Part shown: positions 10,325 through 20,222 of the stretch, piece after piece
Position numbering within the stretch: position 1 is the first letter of the stretch
Layout of the letters: each line of letters begins with the position of its first letter
Assembly: GCA_964452565.1 (NCBI GenBank)
Contig: CAYVLY010000001.1
Location: 14,638-78,637, forward strand
From: an uncultured Gammaproteobacteria bacterium
GTDB taxonomy: Bacteria; Patescibacteriota; Patescibacteriia; UBA9934
Direction of reading: 5' to 3'
DNA length: 64,000 bases
The notes under the pieces: model-generated
Told to the model about the DNA's origin: nothing
Seen by the model: only the letters and a program-made list of their open reading frames with translations
Databases searched by the model: none
Translations under genes and position numbers: made by a program

Positions 10325-11380
10325 ATGAGTGAGAGCAAGTCGGGCGCTCAGCCCATGGTCTCAGTCCCAGAGTGGTGGTTCCACCGTAATATCATGGTGA
10401 TTCCAGTCATCATCCTTGCCCTCTGCATCCTTTTGGTCGTTGTGATGGCTGGTATGTTTGCAGCGTGGCCAGAAGCGATAGATTCTGAGGGTGGCAGGCT
10501 AGCTATCATCTGGGGTGTCACAATCCTAGCAGTTGCAGGTATCTTGACTGCCTTTCTGGGTTTCCATAGGAGATACTGGCAAAGGCGCGAGGCAGCGATC
10601 GTGGCCAACTATGATCTGCAGATCGCAGAGCTGCGGGGGGAGTTGAGGGAATTTGATCAGACCAGGCAGAAGCTCGGGAAGGCGCGCGAGGCCTTGCGCG
10701 GCGCTCAGAAGGAGCATAACGAGCTTTGGAAGTGCATCAAGTTGCTGTTCGAGCGATCAGTAGACTTCCAGGACTTCACCCGCTGGCTGCTCGATGATCC
10801 TGAGCTGCTTGACAAGCTCTGCCAGCGAGTAGGTTCTGCCAATGTATCCGGGTTTGCTGAGATGCTCGAGCAGGCGCATGAGAGCTTCAAGCCTGATCGG
10901 GAGGAGTGGCGGCTGCGCAAGTCACGGGAAGAGCAAGAGCTGGATCGCAAGCGTAGACGGTCGCACGTATGGATGCGCCGACTCATGCACCAGATTTTCT
11001 GGGCAGCCGGACAGCTGGAAAACATGAACCGTGCATCCCCAGAACTTCTTAGGGCGGTACGGCGCGTTCAGGATGAGCTCGTGCTCAAGGTACTCGAGGC
11101 GCTCGCTGACGTGATCCATGTCCACCGCGAGCTCAACGGGCTTCACGAAGCTCACATCGACAGCGGCGACGCCTGGCCCACTGACCTGCCACAAGAGGGT
11201 GTCCAGTACGTGCTGGCAGCTGGGCACAACGACACCGAGGATCTCCGCTGTATCTTGCGGGGTCTACAGGATCACAGAGCCGGCGATTTGGAGGCTCATA
11301 TGGCTGGCATGCCCGAAGATGTCCGCTGGTACCTCATGAAGGTGCTGCTCGGAACGACCGGGCCTGAAATTCCAGAATAG
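10325..11380 (+). CDS. hypothetical membrane protein with two TM helices and a coiled coil (GC-rich cassette 2)
   Basis: Start reassigned to ATG 10325 behind GGAGAGGAG; two hydrophobic segments then heptad-rich helix. Confidence 0.7.
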   Translation: MSESKSGAQPMVSVPEWWFHRNIMVIPVIILALCILLVVVMAGMFAAWPEAIDSEGGRLAIIWGVTILAVAGILTAFLGFHRRYWQRREAAIVANYDLQIAELRGELREFDQTRQKLGKAREALRGAQKEHNELWKCIKLLFERSVDFQDFTRWLLDDPELLDKLCQRVGSANVSGFAEMLEQAHESFKPDREEWRLRKSREEQELDRKRRRSHVWMRRLMHQIFWAAGQLENMNRASPELLRAVRRVQDELVLKVLEALADVIHVHRELNGLHEAHIDSGDAWPTDLPQEGVQYVLAAGHNDTEDLRCILRGLQDHRAGDLEAHMAGMPEDVRWYLMKVLLGTTGPEIPE

Positions 11381-11438
11381 CTCGCCTCAAAGGCGATTCG
11401 TACAGCCTGCCCCTTGCGGCAGGCTTTTGGCTTAAAAC

Positions 11439-11472
11439 AAAAAACCGCAGTTCAATAGAATCGCGGTTTTTT
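11439..11472. terminator. bidirectional terminator hairpin, similar to 10076-10110
   Basis: aaaaaaccgcagttc-aata-gaatcgcggtttttt. Confidence 0.7.
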
Positions 11473-11480
11473 GATGAGGA

Positions 11481-11735
11481 CTAGTCCTCCTTAGGTCGCG
11501 CAACGTTTACTGAGATTGGACGACCCATGAAATCCTTGTCGTTCAAAGCCTCAATAGCAGCTTGTGCTTCCTCAGCTGTGCCCATTTCTACAAAACCGAA
11601 TCCTCGGCTTTTGTTTGTGAATTTGTCCATCACAATTCGGGCTGAAGTAACTTCTCCGAACTCTGCGAAAAGGTTCTTAAGATCCTCATCGCTAGCATCC
11701 CAAGAGATGTTACCTACAAATAGCTTGTTTTCCAT
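11481..11735 (-). CDS. RRM (RNP-1) RNA-binding protein
   Basis: KLFVGNI (RNP2) and RGFGFVEM (RNP1). Confidence 0.95.
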   Translation of the reverse strand: MENKLFVGNISWDASDEDLKNLFAEFGEVTSARIVMDKFTNKSRGFGFVEMGTAEEAQAAIEALNDKDFMGRPISVNVARPKED

Positions 11736-11828
11736 AAAGGGAAAGTAGCTTAGTTGTCATCCTATGATGACTGTGAATTAACGTTCTGAGCCAATTACCT
11801 TTTAGGGAAAACGGGCCAGGACACGGAA

Positions 11829-11857
11829 AGAATAGCATAATGTTAGCAAAATGTCAA
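11829..11857 (-). promoter_or_regulatory. sigma70 promoter for the RRM gene
   Basis: TTGACA-17 bp-TATTCT. Confidence 0.65.
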
Positions 11858-11864
11858 TGGGGGA

Positions 11865-11976
11865 GCAGAACCCAGAATGCAGAACCCAGAATACAGTCTA
11901 GTTATGCTGCGTTCTGCTTTCTGCGTTCCAGCCGACGCTACTTCGTAGCTATGGCCGGCAGGCTGTATTCTGCGTT
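11865..11976. repeat. inverted pair of CAGAANN heptamer arrays with an embedded small palindrome
   Basis: cagaacc cagaatg cagaacc cagaata, then ctgcgtt ctgcttt ctgcgtt...ctgtatt ctgcgtt; gctacttcgtagc hairpin inside. Confidence 0.75.
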
Positions 11977-11989
11977 ATAATCACAACAT

Positions 11990-12295
11990 ATGAAAAAACA
12001 TCCTATTTTAATTGGGCTATTGCAGGCCCTTGGCGTGGCTGGTTATGTGGCCATTATTAGTGTAGTTCTTTACGGACTTGAAAATATCTCAGCAGAACCG
12101 CCATTATATCTTTCAATGGTTACTATACTATTGCTGTTGGTTTTTTCAGCAGCTGTAACTGGGTCATTAATCTTTGCATATCCCGCAGTGCTTGCAATGA
12201 ATAAGAAGGTCAAAGCCGCACTTCAGGTGCTTGGGAGCACTCTTGCTTGGTTGGTGGTATTTCTGATCATATTCTTGCTCATCGTTTTGATTTAA
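11990..12295 (+). CDS. small three-TM membrane protein
   Basis: Three hydrophobic segments; TATAAT 8 nt upstream of ATG. Confidence 0.75.
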   Translation: MKKHPILIGLLQALGVAGYVAIISVVLYGLENISAEPPLYLSMVTILLLLVFSAAVTGSLIFAYPAVLAMNKKVKAALQVLGSTLAWLVVFLIIFLLIVLI

Positions 12296-12299
12296 CATT

Positions 12300-13100
12300 A
12301 TGACATTGCTGTACATAATTATTGCGACAGTTGCAGTTAGTTTAATTTCATTCATTGGAGCTTTGACATTGAGCTTCTCAAAAAAGGTTCTTGAGAAGAT
12401 AATCTTGATCCTTGTTGCCCTTGCTGCTGGAGGATTGCTAGGAGGCGCGTTTTTGCATCTGATTCCAGAGGCGCTTCATGAGTTCTCAGAAAGTCGTGGT
12501 CATGAGGCATCATCGATGATATTTTTATTTGTACTAATCGGCTTTTGTCTCTTTTTACTAACTGAGCAGTTCCTACATTGGCATCACGGGCATCATGGTG
12601 AGCATTGCTGTGGAGATGGGTGTGATAAACGTGCCAAAAAAGAACTGTCAACATTGATTTTATTTGGTGATGGAATTCATAATCTTATCGATGGATTAGT
12701 GATCGGAGCGGCATTCATGGTTAATATCGAAACCGGAATCATCGCAACCATCGCTGTAGCGCTTCATGAGATTCCACAGGAGATTGGAGACTTTGGTGTA
12801 TTGGTTTATAGCGGGTTGAAGCGCGCAAAGGCACTTATGTTTAACTTTCTGTCCGGACTTACTGCAGTGCTTGGTGGTGTGATCGGCTTTTTCTTTGCAC
12901 AAGCGTCAGAGGGTATTGCGCTCTACATTATTCCGATCGCTGCGGGCGGCTTTATTTACTTGGCAGCGTCTGATCTTATTCCAGAGATTAAACATGGCGA
13001 AAGTCTTAAGCGTATGGCAGTGCACTTTGGAGTTATGCTTCTGGGAATAGCGGTTATGTATTTATTACTTCACATTCCTTTTTTAGAGCATTCACATTAA
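12300..13100 (+). CDS. ZIP family metal transporter
   Basis: His-rich loop HWHHGHHGEH; DGIHNLIDG and HEIPQEIGD motifs. Confidence 0.95.
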   Translation: MTLLYIIIATVAVSLISFIGALTLSFSKKVLEKIILILVALAAGGLLGGAFLHLIPEALHEFSESRGHEASSMIFLFVLIGFCLFLLTEQFLHWHHGHHGEHCCGDGCDKRAKKELSTLILFGDGIHNLIDGLVIGAAFMVNIETGIIATIAVALHEIPQEIGDFGVLVYSGLKRAKALMFNFLSGLTAVLGGVIGFFFAQASEGIALYIIPIAAGGFIYLAASDLIPEIKHGESLKRMAVHFGVMLLGIAVMYLLLHIPFLEHSH

Positions 13101-13107
13101 ATGAAAT

Positions 13108-13143
13108 AAAAAACACCCGTGAGATAATCGCGGGTGTTTTTTT
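13108..13143. terminator. bidirectional terminator
   Basis: aaaaacacccg...cgggtgttttt between convergent genes. Confidence 0.75.
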
Positions 13144-13147
13144 GACC

Positions 13148-13621
13148 TTATTTAACAGTTGAGTATTCAGCTACAAGCTCAAATCCGAGATCATCTGAAG
13201 TTAGAACCAGCATATCATCGACTAGTTCGTATTCATATTCAATGGTCTCAAACCCAGCAACAATGTCACAGTTATGCTCAGTTATCGTCATTGTCATAAG
13301 AGCACCTTCCACAAAAAGAGTACCTGAGTTAGTACAATCTCCTGATACACTTGTGAAAGCTCCATCTTCCAAAGTTAGCATTGCTTCTGACTCATCAAAT
13401 AGGTCGCCATTAGCATATGTTGCAACCTTTTCCCAGGTTCCATAGTAGTCTTCTGCATCTGCGATAGCATCTTCCTCAGCTTCGATTTCGACTTCTACCT
13501 CTGTAGTCGTTGTGTCTCCAACTTCAACATCTTCAGAAGTATCTACATCTGCAACTGGACCACATCCAGCTAGAGTTAGAGCGAAAATCGCAAAGAGTCC
13601 GAATAATTTAAGTGAACGCAT
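13148..13621 (-). CDS. acidic lipoprotein, lipocalin-like
   Basis: Lipobox LAGC; YYGTW motif; beta-rich. Confidence 0.7.
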   Translation of the reverse strand: MRSLKLFGLFAIFALTLAGCGPVADVDTSEDVEVGDTTTTEVEVEIEAEEDAIADAEDYYGTWEKVATYANGDLFDESEAMLTLEDGAFTSVSGDCTNSGTLFVEGALMTMTITEHNCDIVAGFETIEYEYELVDDMLVLTSDDLGFELVAEYSTVK

Positions 13622-13761
13622 ATAGTTTGTTATGAATAATCATCATAAGTTTATCAGTTGTTTTTAGATCTTGCCAGATTGATTGGTAAAACGATTTAGT
13701 TATCCACGTTTTGCCGCGAAGAAAAGACAAGAACTGATATAATAAAAACAAATAAATACAT

Positions 13762-14130
13762 ATGGCAAAGAACAAAAAAATTCTCATCGTGGAGGACGAG
13801 AAGTCTATTGCAAATGCTCTCAAGTTGAAACTTGAGAACTCTGGCTATGAGTCAGATATTGCGCTAAATGGCAGGGAGGCACTCGAGATGCTCGAGGGCA
13901 ACGGCTATTCATTGGTTCTCCTTGACCTGGTCATGCCAGTCATGGATGGCTTTGGTGTATTGGAGGAAATGAAAAAAAAGGGGATCACAACTCCTGTGCT
14001 CATCTCTACTAACTTGAGCCAAGAGGAAGACGAAAAGCGTGCAAAAGAGCTTGGTGCAAAAGACTTTTTCGTAAAGTCTGATACGCCGATTACGGAAGTA
14101 ATAAATCAAGTAGATAAGTACTTAGACTAA
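13762..14130 (+). CDS. stand-alone response regulator receiver domain
   Basis: ILIVEDE, LLDLVMPVMDG, FVK. Confidence 0.95.
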   Translation: MAKNKKILIVEDEKSIANALKLKLENSGYESDIALNGREALEMLEGNGYSLVLLDLVMPVMDGFGVLEEMKKKGITTPVLISTNLSQEEDEKRAKELGAKDFFVKSDTPITEVINQVDKYLD

Positions 14131-14133
14131 TGC

Positions 14134-15885
14134 ATGGTTGAGGAGGGTAAGATTTTAGAGCTTCTTGTTGCCCAGCACTATGTATCAAAAGAAGATGTAG
14201 AAAGTGCTAAGCGTGCAGCAGCAACTGGTCAAATGAGTGAGCTGGAGTTTTTGCTTTCCCAGAATATTGTTACCAAGGATCTTGTCGGTCAAGCAATTGC
14301 AGAAAATTATAAGGTGATGTATGCGGACCTTAATACATATATTCCAACAAAGGATCAGGTTTTGAAGATACCACTTATAGTTGCACAAAAGTATCGCACT
14401 GTTTTGTTTAGCGCAGACGGCAAGGGAACTATTGTTACAACAGATGATCCAACACAAACAGGTCTTTTGCCTGCAGTTCAAAAAGCGCTAGGTGTTAAGG
14501 ATGTAAAGATCGCATTTTCACTCCCAGATGATATTGATCAGGTAATGCTCTACTATAAGAAGCCATTGAAAGAGCGGTTAGATAATATCATCGAGACCCA
14601 CGATAAGATTACACCAGATATTGTGACTGAAATTCTGGATGAAGCAGTTGTGTTAAGGGCTTCTGATATTCACTTTGAGCCACAAGAAAAGCAGGTGTTA
14701 ATTAGATATCGTATTGATGGTGTGATGCAAATAGTAGCAACACTTAAGAAAGATCAATACATGAATGTAGTGAATCGCGTTAAGGTAATGTCTCATCTTC
14801 GCACTGATCAGCATTTAGCAGCACAGGATGGCGCGATTCGATATAAAACACCAAAAGAGACTGTTGATATTCGTGTCTCAATTGTTCCGATTTTTGATGG
14901 TGAAAAGGTTGTGATGCGACTGCTCTCTGCTTATGCACGTAGCTTTGCATTGAGTGATTTAGGGCTGCAGCCCAAAGATGAGAAGATGATCGTTGCTGAG
15001 TCAAAAAAGCCGTTTGGGATGATTCTTGTAGCCGGCCCTACTGGATCTGGAAAAACAACAACACTTTATGGTGTTTTAAAGCTTTTAAATAGGCCTGAGG
15101 TAAATATTGCAACCATTGAGGATCCAGTTGAGTACAAAATCCAGGGAGTGAACCACATTCAGGTTAATATTCAAACTGAACTAACATTTGCACGTGGATT
15201 GCGCTCAATTGTTCGTCAAGATCCAGATGTTATTCTTGTTGGAGAGATTCGCGATGTAGAGACTGCAGAGATATCAGTTAACGCAGCATTAACTGGGCAC
15301 CTTCTCCTATCAACATTCCATGCAAACGATGCTGCAACATCGATTCCGCGGCTTTTGGATATGAATATTGAGCCGTTCCTGCTTTCATCAACATTGCAGG
15401 CGATTTTGGCTCAGCGACTTGTGCGAAAGATTTGTGATCATTGTCGACACTCAGAGGTTGTTTTAAATGCTGAACTTAAGAGTCGATCTGCTGTTGCAGC
15501 TCAATTTTTTGGCGCAAAAGCAACGCTTTATAAAGGTAAGGGATGTGTGAGTTGTGCAGATACTGGGTATAAGGGTCGAGTGGGAATATTTGAGTTGATC
15601 AGAATGACATCTGAGATGCAGGAGTTAATCATGACAAACCCAACCTCGCAGGATGTATGGAAGTTAGCTATGAGCCAAGGTGCAAGTTCAATGTTTGAAG
15701 ATGGGATTCAAAAAGTTAAAGAAGGATTAACAACGATCGAAGAACTGGAGCGTGTTGTTGCGCCTCCAATTTATTTACGTTATGGCAAAGCCCAAGGGCA
15801 AAATCAAAAAGCCGTTGCCCAAGCCCCAAGTAAAGAAGCCGGTCAAGGAATTGAAAAAAACAAAGCAGAAGCAGAGAAAGCGTAG
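14134..15885 (+). CDS. pilB: type IV pilus/T2SS assembly ATPase (PilB/GspE)
   Basis: ASDIHFEP, GPTGSGKTT, TIEDPVE, RQDPDVILVGEIRD, CxxC...CxxC. Confidence 0.95.
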   Translation: MVEEGKILELLVAQHYVSKEDVESAKRAAATGQMSELEFLLSQNIVTKDLVGQAIAENYKVMYADLNTYIPTKDQVLKIPLIVAQKYRTVLFSADGKGTIVTTDDPTQTGLLPAVQKALGVKDVKIAFSLPDDIDQVMLYYKKPLKERLDNIIETHDKITPDIVTEILDEAVVLRASDIHFEPQEKQVLIRYRIDGVMQIVATLKKDQYMNVVNRVKVMSHLRTDQHLAAQDGAIRYKTPKETVDIRVSIVPIFDGEKVVMRLLSAYARSFALSDLGLQPKDEKMIVAESKKPFGMILVAGPTGSGKTTTLYGVLKLLNRPEVNIATIEDPVEYKIQGVNHIQVNIQTELTFARGLRSIVRQDPDVILVGEIRDVETAEISVNAALTGHLLLSTFHANDAATSIPRLLDMNIEPFLLSSTLQAILAQRLVRKICDHCRHSEVVLNAELKSRSAVAAQFFGAKATLYKGKGCVSCADTGYKGRVGIFELIRMTSEMQELIMTNPTSQDVWKLAMSQGASSMFEDGIQKVKEGLTTIEELERVVAPPIYLRYGKAQGQNQKAVAQAPSKEAGQGIEKNKAEAEKA

Positions 15886-17353
15886 AAAGGGTCCGCACAT
15901 TCCTTGGTACAAAAAACTGACCGCAATCTCGTTTGGTGGTGGAGCGCAAAAAGAGTATGTCATGGAAGATTTGGCAATGCTTGTTGATGCTGGAATGGAT
16001 GCGTCCACTGCTTTGACTGCGATTGAAAAGGATGTTCGCGCACCATGGATGAAGTATTTATTGATGCGTGCGCAGTATCATATTGAAGCCGGATCTCCGA
16101 TCTGGGACGCATTTGCTAAAACAAAATTTGCAGCACCGCACATTGTAGCGCTCATAAGAATTGGTGAAGCTGCTGGAAGGTTGCCAGACAATCTAAGAAC
16201 TGTAGTGCTCCAACAGCAGAAGGAGCGGATCTTTAGATCAAAGATTCAGGCTGCAATGACATATCCTGTCTTTGTTCTTGGACTAACAGTGATTGTTGGA
16301 CTCGGAGTTGCCTGGTTTATCTTGCCACGTTTAGCAACTGTGTTTGGGTCGCTTGATATGGATCTACCGCTTGTAACAGAGATATTGATGGCGCTTGGTG
16401 CTTTCCTTCAAGAATATGGTTCATACGCAGTTCCAATTGCAGTGGTCATTTTCATTTTTTTAATGTGGGTTATTTTTGCTGCACCAAAAACAAAAGTAAT
16501 CGGCCAGTGGATGCTTTTCGCCATGCCTGGAGTAAGAAAGTTGATTCGTGAGGTTGAGGTTTCTCGCTTAGGGTTTGTTACAGGAACACTTTTGCAGTCT
16601 GGCTTACCAATTGTTGAGGCAATTAATGCACTTGAGAAGGCGGCAATATTCCATAGGTATAAAAAGTTTTATCAATTTTTAGGTGAGAAAGTCGAAGAAG
16701 GGGGTACGTTTGCTGAGGCGTTTAAAGAAAAGAAGCGATCATATGTGATGATACCATCATCAATCCAGCAGATGATTGTAACTGCAGAACAATCAGGTCA
16801 TTTGCCAGATGTATTACTCCAAATCGGAAAAACATTTGAAGAAAAAATTGACACTACAACAAAGAATCTTTCAGTTATTCTTGAACCGATCCTATTGGTT
16901 ATTGTGTGGCTTGGTGTTGTTGCAGTTGCAATGGCGATCATCCTACCGATTTATAGTTTGGTTGGAGGGCTTACTGCAGCATCAACTCCAGGTATTGAGA
17001 TTCAAGAGGAGGAAGTTGTAGAGGTTGAACTTTCGCTTGAGGATGTTTTAGCAACAGTTGGAGATGTAGTAGAAGATTCTTTTGGACCAGAGCAGCCGTT
17101 GGGACCAGAGCAGCAAGAGCAAAATCCAGTTATTGTGATTAGTTCGCCAACTGGTGTAGTAAATGTGCGCGTTGGGCGAGGCACTGATAACGAAATTCTT
17201 TTTCAAGCAATAAATGGATGGAGGTATGAGGTCATTGGCGAGGATAATGGCTGGTATGAAATCGAACTTAGTGATGAAACCGGAGAGATTGGATGGGTTG
17301 CAATAGAATACGTTGAGCTGTATGAACCAGAAGAAAATCCAGACGAAGATTAG
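15782..17353 (+). CDS. pilC: PilC/GspF platform protein with C-terminal SH3b-like extension
   Basis: Two T2SSF repeats (IGEAAGRL, TAEQSGHL, YP, LEP); C-terminal VNVR.G.GT...GWYEI...GWV..EYV; start reassigned to ATG 15782. Confidence 0.9.
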   Translation: MAKPKGKIKKPLPKPQVKKPVKELKKTKQKQRKRRKGPHIPWYKKLTAISFGGGAQKEYVMEDLAMLVDAGMDASTALTAIEKDVRAPWMKYLLMRAQYHIEAGSPIWDAFAKTKFAAPHIVALIRIGEAAGRLPDNLRTVVLQQQKERIFRSKIQAAMTYPVFVLGLTVIVGLGVAWFILPRLATVFGSLDMDLPLVTEILMALGAFLQEYGSYAVPIAVVIFIFLMWVIFAAPKTKVIGQWMLFAMPGVRKLIREVEVSRLGFVTGTLLQSGLPIVEAINALEKAAIFHRYKKFYQFLGEKVEEGGTFAEAFKEKKRSYVMIPSSIQQMIVTAEQSGHLPDVLLQIGKTFEEKIDTTTKNLSVILEPILLVIVWLGVVAVAMAIILPIYSLVGGLTAASTPGIEIQEEEVVEVELSLEDVLATVGDVVEDSFGPEQPLGPEQQEQNPVIVISSPTGVVNVRVGRGTDNEILFQAINGWRYEVIGEDNGWYEIELSDETGEIGWVAIEYVELYEPEENPDED

Positions 17354-17792
17354 TAAAAAGCAACTCTCAGGATTCACACTTCCTGAGTTGCTTTTATCAG
17401 TGGCGCTTTTAGGCATGCTTGTGGCATTGTCAATTCCTGTTTTTTATTCTGTGCAAGTTCAGGATGATCTTTCTGTTGCAGTTGCGCAAACTGGTCAGTC
17501 TTGGCGGCGCGCGCAAACATTGTCGATTGCATCAAAAGATGATGAGACTTGGGGAGTGTATGTTCAGACCGGAAGCATTACTCTGTTCCAGGGCGCAAGT
17601 TATGCAGCGCGCGATGCAGACTATGATGAGGTTTTTGATATTGCGGATTCGATTAGCGCGAGCGGGCCGACTGAGATTGTGTTTGATCAGATGACAGGAG
17701 ATCCAGATACAACAGGAACGTTAACGTTTACAGGTATGAATGCGCAGGAGTTTACAGTTTCGATTAATTCAAAAGGCATGGTTGAGTACTAA
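17322..17792 (+). CDS. minor pilin (GspH/FimT-like)
   Basis: G-FTLPELL prepilin motif. Confidence 0.85.
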   Translation: MNQKKIQTKISKKQLSGFTLPELLLSVALLGMLVALSIPVFYSVQVQDDLSVAVAQTGQSWRRAQTLSIASKDDETWGVYVQTGSITLFQGASYAARDADYDEVFDIADSISASGPTEIVFDQMTGDPDTTGTLTFTGMNAQEFTVSINSKGMVEY

Positions 17793-17793
17793 T

Positions 17794-20220
17794 ATGCGAT
17801 TGCGTGGTTTTGTTGAAGCTGAAGTTCTATTGGCAGCAGCTCTGCTGTCCATGTTTGTAGTTGCGATTACTGGATCTTTCTATTATGCGCAACAAAGTGC
17901 AGTTTTATTTGGTGGGCGAACAGCTGCTATTCGATTGCTTGACGAGGGCGCAGAAGCTGCGCGCAATATCCGCGATGGAGCGTTTAATGAGCTTATTTAC
18001 GATCAAAGCGCTGTTGAGACAAGTGGCGGTCAATGGATATTCTCAGGAGAGGGAACTGACGAGACGATAGGAGACTATACCCGCACAATCACATTCGAGG
18101 AGGTATGTCGCGACGCCTCAGAAGCGATCACTACTTGCCCGGGCGATCACGTTGATATTGAAACGCAAGAGGTAACTGTAACAATTGATTACACAACATT
18201 CCTAGGCGTTACACAGAGTCTATCTCGTGATTTTTACGTTACTAACTGGCGGGGTGTTGACTGGGTGCAGTCGGACTGGTCTGGAGGAGATGGGCAAACA
18301 ATTTGGGTTAGTCAGAACAAGTATGACAATGATGACGGAAATCTTGAGGTCCAGGCTGCCGGCGAAGTTACTCTCCTCAACGGAGAGCCAGATGATCCAG
18401 GGTTTGATGTAACATCAGATACTGATTCATACGACTGGCCGTTCACGACCCCGAGTAATTACATTTATGACACGGCTGATATTGAAGTAACGGGCGGCGT
18501 TGCTCAACTTAAGTCTGGGGCCGCAACTTTAGAAGGAGATACATTGAACCCAGATTTTGATGTGGATTCATCTTATTGGACTTATAACGACTGGGAAGAA
18601 ACTGGTGGTCGAGTTATTGGCTCGCATCAGGCAACCGGCGGAAGTCCCAATGGATACGTTGATATAACCATTGATGAAGCTAAAAACAGGACACTTTCAG
18701 GATACTGGGAGCAGCCGTTCACAACGCTTGTGGATAATCCAACTACGGCTACATTAGACCTAGATTGGATAATCGATACCTATGACGGCAGTTTTGTCAC
18801 TTCATTTCAAGTCTATGCTTTTGTTGATTCTTCATCTGGATCTCCAAGTGTTGGCACCCAGGTTTGGTCAAGCGGAGAGATAACCGGAACAACGTCTTGG
18901 GCAAGTATTTCAACCGTTGACGTTTCTTCGTCACTGGGAGCGGCTGGTACTTACTACTTAAAGATTGCAGCGCGTGTGATTACAGGTGGTGGTGGAGGTC
19001 CGGCAAGTGGTGAGCAGGTTATTGGCTTTGACAATGTGGATCTCCACTGGGAGTCGGCCACAACTGCATATCCAACAGATGAGCCTGAAATTTATCCAAC
19101 AACAGATTTTACTGTTGCAACTTCTGGAACATGGAGTGCATTTGTGGAGACATCTTCAAAGGGTACGGGTGAGATTTATTATCAGCTTTCTGATGACAGC
19201 GGAACAACTTGGCAATATTGGAATGGCTCCTCCTGGGCCACGGCCGGGGCCGCGGATTACAATACAGCGACAGAAGTTAATTCAAACATAGCCAGTTTTA
19301 ACTCAGCTGCTGGAACGATAAGGTTTAAGGCATTTTTGGAAAGTAACGGTGTTCAGCAGATTCAATTAGATAATGTATATATTGAGTTTACTGAGAGTGG
19401 ATCGCCATGGACCTTTGTCACATGGGATGTGGATGGTGGAGAAGAGACGCCAACTGGCAGCTTACAAACAACAGGCGGAAATCCAGATGGATACGCAGAT
19501 GTTACAGTACTTGCTGGAAATAACGACGAAGTCGGAGGTCTCTGGAAGCAGTCTTTTACAAACTATAAAACAAATCCAACACCAGTAACGCTTGATTTTG
19601 ATTACAAAGTTTTTACATACACTGGCACCCCGGATTTAGCAGAAATCCGTATTTACATTGATACAGCTGACGGAGATCCTGTAACACAAGTTGGCAGTTC
19701 GATTAGTTTGACAGGAACGGGTTCGTGGATAGCGGCATCGCAATACGACCTATCAAGTGCCGTGACTGCAACAGGAGATTACTATCTTAAAGTTGTTCTT
19801 TATGTTGAAACTGGAACTGGTGGAGGTTCAGGTCCGTTTAATGTTGGATTCGACAATGTGAGTTTGGACCTTGGAGATGGCGCGCATCCTTTGAGTGGAA
19901 CTCTTACATCTTCTGCGTTTGATACAGGCGCAACTTCACAGATCCAGATTATTGAATGGGATGAGGATATGAGTATCTGCGACCCAAATTGCGATATTGA
20001 CTTTGAAGTTCGTGCAGCGCCTGATTCTGGCGGATCACCTGGAACATGGTCAAGTTGGTATGGTGCAACTGGATCTGGAACAACGTTTGATGACGCAAAC
20101 GGTACCCTGATCTCAACCGATCTGAACGGCAATCAATGGATTCAATATCGTGTTGAGCTAACCTCAGACGGTGTTGAAACACCTGTTCTTGATGAGGTTC
20201 GAATAAACTACTTGCAATAG
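17794..20220 (+). CDS. large pilin-like protein with beta-sandwich domains (putative tip adhesin)
   Basis: MRLRG-FVEAEVLL prepilin-like N-terminus; duplicated jelly-roll-like domain. Confidence 0.75.
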   Translation: MRLRGFVEAEVLLAAALLSMFVVAITGSFYYAQQSAVLFGGRTAAIRLLDEGAEAARNIRDGAFNELIYDQSAVETSGGQWIFSGEGTDETIGDYTRTITFEEVCRDASEAITTCPGDHVDIETQEVTVTIDYTTFLGVTQSLSRDFYVTNWRGVDWVQSDWSGGDGQTIWVSQNKYDNDDGNLEVQAAGEVTLLNGEPDDPGFDVTSDTDSYDWPFTTPSNYIYDTADIEVTGGVAQLKSGAATLEGDTLNPDFDVDSSYWTYNDWEETGGRVIGSHQATGGSPNGYVDITIDEAKNRTLSGYWEQPFTTLVDNPTTATLDLDWIIDTYDGSFVTSFQVYAFVDSSSGSPSVGTQVWSSGEITGTTSWASISTVDVSSSLGAAGTYYLKIAARVITGGGGGPASGEQVIGFDNVDLHWESATTAYPTDEPEIYPTTDFTVATSGTWSAFVETSSKGTGEIYYQLSDDSGTTWQYWNGSSWATAGAADYNTATEVNSNIASFNSAAGTIRFKAFLESNGVQQIQLDNVYIEFTESGSPWTFVTWDVDGGEETPTGSLQTTGGNPDGYADVTVLAGNNDEVGGLWKQSFTNYKTNPTPVTLDFDYKVFTYTGTPDLAEIRIYIDTADGDPVTQVGSSISLTGTGSWIAASQYDLSSAVTATGDYYLKVVLYVETGTGGGSGPFNVGFDNVSLDLGDGAHPLSGTLTSSAFDTGATSQIQIIEWDEDMSICDPNCDIDFEVRAAPDSGGSPGTWSSWYGATGSGTTFDDANGTLISTDLNGNQWIQYRVELTSDGVETPVLDEVRINYLQ

Positions 20221-20222
20221 CT

